In this document: positions 8,465-13,480 of the stretch, one piece after another
How positions within the stretch are numbered: position 1 is the first letter of the stretch
Layout: every line of letters begins with the position of its first letter
Source: Myxococcales bacterium
GTDB lineage: Bacteria; Myxococcota_A; UBA9042
DNA length: 13,480 nucleotides
Assembly (NCBI GenBank): GCA_037441385.1
Contig: JBBISH010000152.1
Coordinates: forward strand, 1 to 13,480
Direction of reading: 5' to 3'
Translations under genes and position numbers: made by a program
Notes under the pieces: generated by a model
Seen by the model: the letters and a program-made list of their open reading frames with translations, nothing else
What the model was told of the DNA's origin: nothing
The model's database searches: none

Positions 8465-11400
8465 TCAAAGGTGACGCGTATAGGCACGAACATAGGCCTG
8501 ACAAAGCTCGCTGGATAGGGCGTAGGTCAGCTGCTCGCTTTGGGGAAGGATTTGCCTGGCAATCAGGCCGGCCTGCCGCAGCGTTTGCAGCGTGAAGTCC
8601 AAGTCCCCCTGCGCAGTCCCCGGCTTGTCCCCGGCCACGGCGTTGATCAACTGCCCGTCGGGCAGCGGCCCGTGCTCGGCCAGACTGAGCAACACGTCGC
8701 GCGCGATCGGAAGCAAAGGCGCCGGAACCTCGTTGCGCCTGAGCAGGAAGGCCGCCTCGTCTTGCAGAACGTGTCGGAGGGCCGGTCCCACGTCGTCGTC
8801 GGTGTAGCGCAAGCTTGGACCGTTGCGTGCAGACGCGATGCGCCACAGCTTGTCGGCCAGCAGTCCGGTCCAATAGGGGTCGCCGCCGGTCACCTCGAAG
8901 ACGCGCGTCGCCACTGTACGCGGAACGTCCAGGTCCGACCGTGACCAACCCAGCTTGGCGGCGCGCAGCAGCGCCGTGGTTTCGGGCTGCAAGAAGGGCT
9001 GCATCTCGACCTGCCTGGCATCGTTGCGCAACGCCTTCCTCAATGGCTCCGACTTCAGCGACTCGGCCGCAGCCGACGGTCCGACCAGGACCAACGTGCA
9101 GCTGGACATGGCCCGACAGGTGGCGATGAACTGCAGAAATCCTTTTGTTTCCGCCGGATCCGATGCACAGGCCTTGGCAAGACGCACAGCCTCGTCCAGT
9201 ACGATCAGGACGCGCCGGCCCCGCAGGTGCTTTAGCCAGGCCTCGACCTTGTCCGCTTGGGGTGGCTTCAGGTCGGGCAGTCGCTCGGCAAATGCCGCCA
9301 CGAGGCGTGGTTCGCACTGCGACCAGCTCGCATCCAGGCATTCCAGGTAGACTCCGCGCGCCTCGGGCGCGTACTTCGCCTCGAATGCGGTGTGGAAGCG
9401 ATGAGCGAGCGAGGTCTTGCCAAACTTCAGGGCGCCCTTGAGAAAGACGAGCGAGCCCAGACCCGTCGCGTCCGGCGTGGCCAGCGCGGCCAAGCCAAAC
9501 AACTCGCCAAGCTCGTTTTCGCGGCCGTAGAAGCGCTCGTCGCGGCGCACCGGCTCGTTCACCACGTAGGGATTCTCTAGGCTTAATCCCCGGAGCGGGT
9601 TGTTGCTGCGCGGCGGTAGATCGCGCTCCAAGTCGCGGTCGCGTTCCAGGGGCCCAAGCGCGCGCCAGACGAAGTCCAAGGCCCCGATTTTGGCCACAAC
9701 ACGGTCGATCAACCGGGTGTCGTTGCAGTCCAGTAGCAGGCGGATCACGCCCACGCGCGGATTCAGGCGCCGCGCCGACACGTCGATGATGTCGATCTGG
9801 GCCTGGCGAAAGTGCCCCAGGATCTCGAACAGCGCGCCCACCCGGTTCGAGGTTTCCATGACCACATACTGGCTCACCGCGGCGCGCTCGACCGTTTCGA
9901 TCTTGCAGGCGTCTTTGGCGCAATGCGGCGGCCGGTGTTCAGCCCAGCGGTGCAGGACAAGCTCGCCGTCTTCTAGCGTGTAGCCGATGGGGTCAGACGC
10001 TCGCGGCCGGCACAGCCTGCAGACGCGGCGCCTTGTGTACTTGTCGCGCAGTTCTTCCGGCATGATCAGGTCGCGAACCAGCACCCGGCTGCGGCCGATC
10101 AGCTCCAGGATTCGTTCTGCATTGGCTTTGGTGGCACCGATGGCCCCAAGATCGACGCCGTGGGCCGACGCTCCCGACTGCACCGCCAGCCAAATCCCAA
10201 TGCGGTGCAGCCAAAGGCGCGAAGGAACCGCTCCCAGCAACGGCAATCGGCCGCTAGCGGAGTCCCGCACGGCCTGCCGCAACGCCAAGTCGACCATGTC
10301 GTCGATTTGGTCCAGGCGGGGCGGAAAATCCTCGGTGCCCTGCAACTGCTGGTGCACCCAGCACCGCCCGGCCTCGATGCGAAGCGGCTGCAGGGCCTGA
10401 CGGGCGGCTTCGCGCATGCGCCTGACTACGGTGTCGCCCACCTTGCTCTCCCAGCCGGCGGGCAAAACGTTGAACTCCGAGTACTCTGTCGCCTCGTGCC
10501 GAAGGATCTGCACCACGTCGCCGGACTGAAGGGGGTCCAGCGGGCCGAGCAACAACGATTGGCCGGCGCGCACAACCGTCGCCCCGCGCACAAAGCACGC
10601 GAGCTGTTCGTGGACGTCGAGCGCGAACTCCAGGACACAAGCCCCAGCGCGCAGCCGGTGCTCCTTGCGTGTCGGCGTGAGGACGCGCAAGGCCGTCGAT
10701 GACGCAATTGGCCGCAATTCATCCGTAATTTCGTCAAGCGACACGGGTGCAGCCGGGGTGGACGAATCTCGGACGACCAGGCGAAGCGGAATCTCAAGGC
10801 CACCGACATCGACCGCGGTGTGCACGGCTCGGTACCCCGTTCGGCCTGGCGCTGCGAAGTGACGGAAGCCATCGCGCTTGGGCTCATGCCGTTCGTGCAG
10901 TTGACCAAGTGCGGCATAGGCGTCGGCAAATTGCGCCACAGTTGCCGTAACAAAGCCGGATCCACGCAGAGTTCGACTCCACACAGCCGGCGGCAACGGG
11001 TCCAGCGCCGCGTGGATCGATGCCAAGTGCCGCCACTGCCAGGTCCATTCCAGGCTGCTGCTCAGCGCACTCCGGACGCGGGCCACGCCGTCGGCCACGG
11101 CGCCACCTTCGGCCACCAGCGCACGCATGTATCTGGACAGTTCTGTGCCGCGCGTTTGCGGGTTTTCGGCATGGCGCTTGGGCTGATCCACAAGCAAATA
11201 GCAGTCTTCTAGGTCGTTGCGCTCTTGCCACATGCCGAGCCGCCGCGCGATCGCGGCCGCGATGGGCACCATCCGGAGTTGCGGCGCCGCCTCGGTTGCG
11301 GGAACCGTTGCCCGCGGCTCAGGCACGGCGTTCTGCGGGTCCGACCGGGTCGCCGCCAGCCAGCTGCGCCGCTCACCCAGGGGATCGATGCGCCACAACT

Positions 11401-11749
11401 GTTCAAGAACAAACAGGGGCACCAGCATCGGGTGCGGCGCCAAGTCAAAGACGACGCGCGTGGCCTTTTGACTGTCGCTCGGTCCCAGTTGGCCCAGACC
11501 GGCCCGCAAGCGGACGTAGTCGGTCTGCAACTTCATCAAACTGGGCTCGTAGTGCCGAAGTTGACTGGCGAGCCACGCGGCCGGCTCGGGGCCGACTGCA
11601 ACGAGCAAGCTGGCCGCAGTCATGTGCTCCGAGCCAAAACGCGCATGCACCTCGCGAGCCAGCCCGACGAACGGGGCAAGGTCCGGGTTCTCCATCGCAA
11701 GGCGGATACACAGCATATCCGTTTGATGTTGCTGCATGAAGTCGACCAC
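8465..11749 (-). CDS. Degenerate long RelA/SpoT homolog (pseudo-HD, pseudo-SYNTH, TGS, ZFD, ACT) fused to STAND-type ATPase with C-terminal winged helix
   Basis: RSH landmarks in canonical order: IARRLGMWQERNDLED, ADAYAALGQLH, GYRAVHT, TGS (VLTP...LRAGACVLEFALDVH...LQSGDVVQIL, aa ~354-416), ZFD (CRLCRP..DPIGY..LVLHR, aa ~575-615), ACT (SNRVGALFEI...IDIIDV, aa ~627-697). Then NPYVV..FYGRENEL, Walker A GALKFGKT (9436..9413), Walker B VLIVLDE and TGGDPYW. ATG at 11737, preceded by GAGGTG, is an alternative start. Confidence 0.88.
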   Translation of the reverse strand: MVDFMQQHQTDMLCIRLAMENPDLAPFVGLAREVHARFGSEHMTAASLLVAVGPEPAAWLASQLRHYEPSLMKLQTDYVRLRAGLGQLGPSDSQKATRVVFDLAPHPMLVPLFVLEQLWRIDPLGERRSWLAATRSDPQNAVPEPRATVPATEAAPQLRMVPIAAAIARRLGMWQERNDLEDCYLLVDQPKRHAENPQTRGTELSRYMRALVAEGGAVADGVARVRSALSSSLEWTWQWRHLASIHAALDPLPPAVWSRTLRGSGFVTATVAQFADAYAALGQLHERHEPKRDGFRHFAAPGRTGYRAVHTAVDVGGLEIPLRLVVRDSSTPAAPVSLDEITDELRPIASSTALRVLTPTRKEHRLRAGACVLEFALDVHEQLACFVRGATVVRAGQSLLLGPLDPLQSGDVVQILRHEATEYSEFNVLPAGWESKVGDTVVRRMREAARQALQPLRIEAGRCWVHQQLQGTEDFPPRLDQIDDMVDLALRQAVRDSASGRLPLLGAVPSRLWLHRIGIWLAVQSGASAHGVDLGAIGATKANAERILELIGRSRVLVRDLIMPEELRDKYTRRRVCRLCRPRASDPIGYTLEDGELVLHRWAEHRPPHCAKDACKIETVERAAVSQYVVMETSNRVGALFEILGHFRQAQIDIIDVSARRLNPRVGVIRLLLDCNDTRLIDRVVAKIGALDFVWRALGPLERDRDLERDLPPRSNNPLRGLSLENPYVVNEPVRRDERFYGRENELGELFGLAALATPDATGLGSLVFLKGALKFGKTSLAHRFHTAFEAKYAPEARGVYLECLDASWSQCEPRLVAAFAERLPDLKPPQADKVEAWLKHLRGRRVLIVLDEAVRLAKACASDPAETKGFLQFIATCRAMSSCTLVLVGPSAAAESLKSEPLRKALRNDARQVEMQPFLQPETTALLRAAKLGWSRSDLDVPRTVATRVFEVTGGDPYWTGLLADKLWRIASARNGPSLRYTDDDVGPALRHVLQDEAAFLLRRNEVPAPLLPIARDVLLSLAEHGPLPDGQLINAVAGDKPGTAQGDLDFTLQTLRQAGLIARQILPQSEQLTYALSSELCQAYVRAYTRHL

Positions 11750-11846
11750 CTCGCGCGCGCCACTGCGGCTTGTGGCACCGTTGTAGTGTTCTCAACGACG
11801 GCGACCGCGTCAAGTTTGCAAAAAGTTTTTCACACTCAAATTGGAG

Positions 11847-11875
11847 TTGACATAAGTTGTATTCGGTTATATAGC
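11847..11875 (+). promoter_or_regulatory. Candidate sigma70-type promoter for the M23 gene
   Basis: Perfect TTGACA (11847..11852), 17-nt spacer, TATAGC (11870..11875). Lies in the most AT-rich patch of the window, 86 nt upstream of ATG 11962. Confidence 0.55.
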
Positions 11876-11961
11876 GTGGGTGCGGCCAGTACTTGCGGGC
11901 CGCGAGAGTGCCAGAGGCGCAAACGGCCGCGCGCCAAGGGGGCGCGGTCACCGGAGGTCCC

Positions 11962-13480
11962 ATGTTGCCCAATCGAAACGCTCGAAAACTGTGGTTCCAT
12001 AACGAAATCGCCTGGATCTTGCTGAGCACTCTGCTCCAGCTGGCCTGCACGGCGGCCAAGGACGGCGACGGGCCCGCGGCGCCCGAGCTGGCCGGCAGCG
12101 GGCAAATCGCGGGGGCTCTAAGTCAGCCGCTGCAGGCGCCGTTCGCGCCGGCCGCGGGGCCGCTGACGCCGTCGCAGTGCTTCAACGGGACGCTGACCCA
12201 CAACAGCGCGGCCCTGCAGTACGGGATCGACTACATCATGCCGATCGGCACGGATGTGCTCGCGGTTGGCCCGGGCAAGGTCGCCTTCACCAACGACACG
12301 TGCGCCAACAACCAGTCGGCCTGTGTAAAGGGTGTGGCCAACGCGACCTGCGACTGCTTCCACGGCATCGGCAACGTGGTGGTGGTCGAGCACGGGCCCG
12401 GCGACTACTCGCTGTACGCCCATCTGAACAAGGGGAGCCTGCTCGTCGCGGTGGGGCAGCAGGTGTGCACGGGCCAGGTGTTGGCCAAGTCGGGCTGGTC
12501 GGGCTGGGGCACCGGGGCGCATCTGCACTTCCAGATGCAGTCCACGGCCGGCGGCGCGACGACCTTGGCCGATGGCTACGTCAGCAAATCCTTTGACGGT
12601 TGGTATCAGCCCAGCGGCGGCCTCCAGAATCCCTGCGGCGCCCTCACATCCTACAACAATTCAACCACCTCGTGCGCCTCGGCGGTTGCGCTGCCCATCA
12701 ACCAAGTCACCAACGGCGCCGTGGCCAAGGGCGAGTGGGCCAAGTACTCGTTCAACAAGTTGGCGGGAAAGGCGTATTCGGTGCAGCTGCATCCCCTGGG
12801 CGGCGATCCGGATCTGTACGGCCACTTCGACCCGGCGGTCAGCGCCAGCAATTTTCAGCACAGTTCCGTCAACGGCGCCGGCAGCGACGACGTGATCAAG
12901 TTCAGCGCGTCTGCCGATGGGGTCTACTACATCGCGGTGCTGGGGTACTCGGCCGCAACCTACACGCTCAAGGTCGTTGAATCGGCCGGCGACGACCATG
13001 GCAACACGGCGGCTACGGCGACGCCAGTGGCACTGGGGGCGACAACCAGCGGTTCGATCGAGGTCGCGGGCGACGTCGATTTCTTCTCCTTCAAGACGGT
13101 TTCCGCCGGCTCGATCGCGGTGTCGACCTCGGGGACCACCGACACCTACTGCTACCTGATCGACGCCAATGGCAAAGTCCTGGCGGAAGACGACGACAGC
13201 GGCCCGGGTACCAACTGCCTGGCGGCAATGCCCTTGGTGCCGGCGGCCACCTATTTCGCCAAAGTACGCCACTATTCAAGCGGCTCTGGCCCGTACGCGG
13301 TGCAGGCGACGGCGACGGGTTCCGCTCCGCCCAGCTACAGCTGTCCCGGCAACTGCTCGGGCCATGGCACCTGCAACACCGCCAACGGCCTCTGCACCTG
13401 CAGCGGCGGCTACAGCGGCAGCAACTGTGCCACGCCGCCCAGCTACAGCTGTCCCGGCAACTGCTCGGGCCATGGCACCT
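11962..13480 (+). CDS. M23-family metallopeptidase lipoprotein with two PPC-like domains and EGF-like repeats, 3'-partial
   Basis: Translated by hand in frame 1; no stop to the window end, so it is absent from the ORF track. GGAGG at 11953..11957, then MLPNRNARKLWFHNEIAWILLSTLLQLAC (lipobox-like). M23 motifs THNSAALQYGID, GTDVLAVGPGKV, GNVVVVEH, YAHL and GAHLHF. PPC-like GGDPDLY...GVYYIAVLGY and DDHGNT...GDVDFF...EDDDSG. C-terminal CPGNCSGHGTC...CTCSGGYSGSNC. Confidence 0.9.
   Translation, partial: MLPNRNARKLWFHNEIAWILLSTLLQLACTAAKDGDGPAAPELAGSGQIAGALSQPLQAPFAPAAGPLTPSQCFNGTLTHNSAALQYGIDYIMPIGTDVLAVGPGKVAFTNDTCANNQSACVKGVANATCDCFHGIGNVVVVEHGPGDYSLYAHLNKGSLLVAVGQQVCTGQVLAKSGWSGWGTGAHLHFQMQSTAGGATTLADGYVSKSFDGWYQPSGGLQNPCGALTSYNNSTTSCASAVALPINQVTNGAVAKGEWAKYSFNKLAGKAYSVQLHPLGGDPDLYGHFDPAVSASNFQHSSVNGAGSDDVIKFSASADGVYYIAVLGYSAATYTLKVVESAGDDHGNTAATATPVALGATTSGSIEVAGDVDFFSFKTVSAGSIAVSTSGTTDTYCYLIDANGKVLAEDDDSGPGTNCLAAMPLVPAATYFAKVRHYSSGSGPYAVQATATGSAPPSYSCPGNCSGHGTCNTANGLCTCSGGYSGSNCATPPSYSCPGNCSGHGT
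13327..13480 (+). repeat. Exact coding direct repeat, 108-bp period (EGF-like unit)
   Basis: The 46 nt at 13327..13372 are identical to 13435..13480 (PPSYSCPGNCSGHGT). The second copy is cut by the window end. Confidence 0.9.

Noticed and set aside
8465..11749. Annotation as a functional relA/spoT (p)ppGpp synthetase/hydrolase
   Set aside because: The HD motif and the synthetase RxK, Asp and ExQIRT motifs are all replaced and the protein carries an extra ATPase, so no gene symbol was assigned.
11980..11990. Reverse-strand 11-nt match (AGTTTTCGAGC) to the core of repeat copy B
   Set aside because: Short, lies inside the M23 signal-peptide coding region, and the flanks do not align; probably chance.

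Overview
GC-rich window, most consistent with a Myxococcota/deltaproteobacterial genome (inferred from the protein families only). Six genes are supported. On the + strand: (1) a 5'-truncated Cys-rich repeat protein with EGF domains (<1..2823); (2) a Cys-rich lipoprotein with a C-terminal HExxH...E metallopeptidase domain (3075..6509); (3) a small secreted beta-rich protein (6536..7036); (4) a 3'-truncated M23 peptidase lipoprotein with PPC-like and EGF-like repeats, absent from the ORF track (11962..>13480). Between these, on the - strand, is a two-gene operon that is the most unusual element. The first gene (8465..11749) has a long RelA/SpoT scaffold (HD-like, SYNTH-like, TGS, ZFD, ACT) with degenerate hydrolase and synthetase catalytic motifs, fused to an intact STAND-type P-loop ATPase. 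The second gene (7181..8449) is a STAND-like ATPase with a C-terminal OmpR/PhoB-type winged helix. This may be a pseudo-RSH sensor wired to ATPase/transcriptional output rather than to (p)ppGpp. A 43-bp non-coding element occurs twice (2996..3038 and 7094..7136). All domain calls come from motif recognition by eye; no searches were run.
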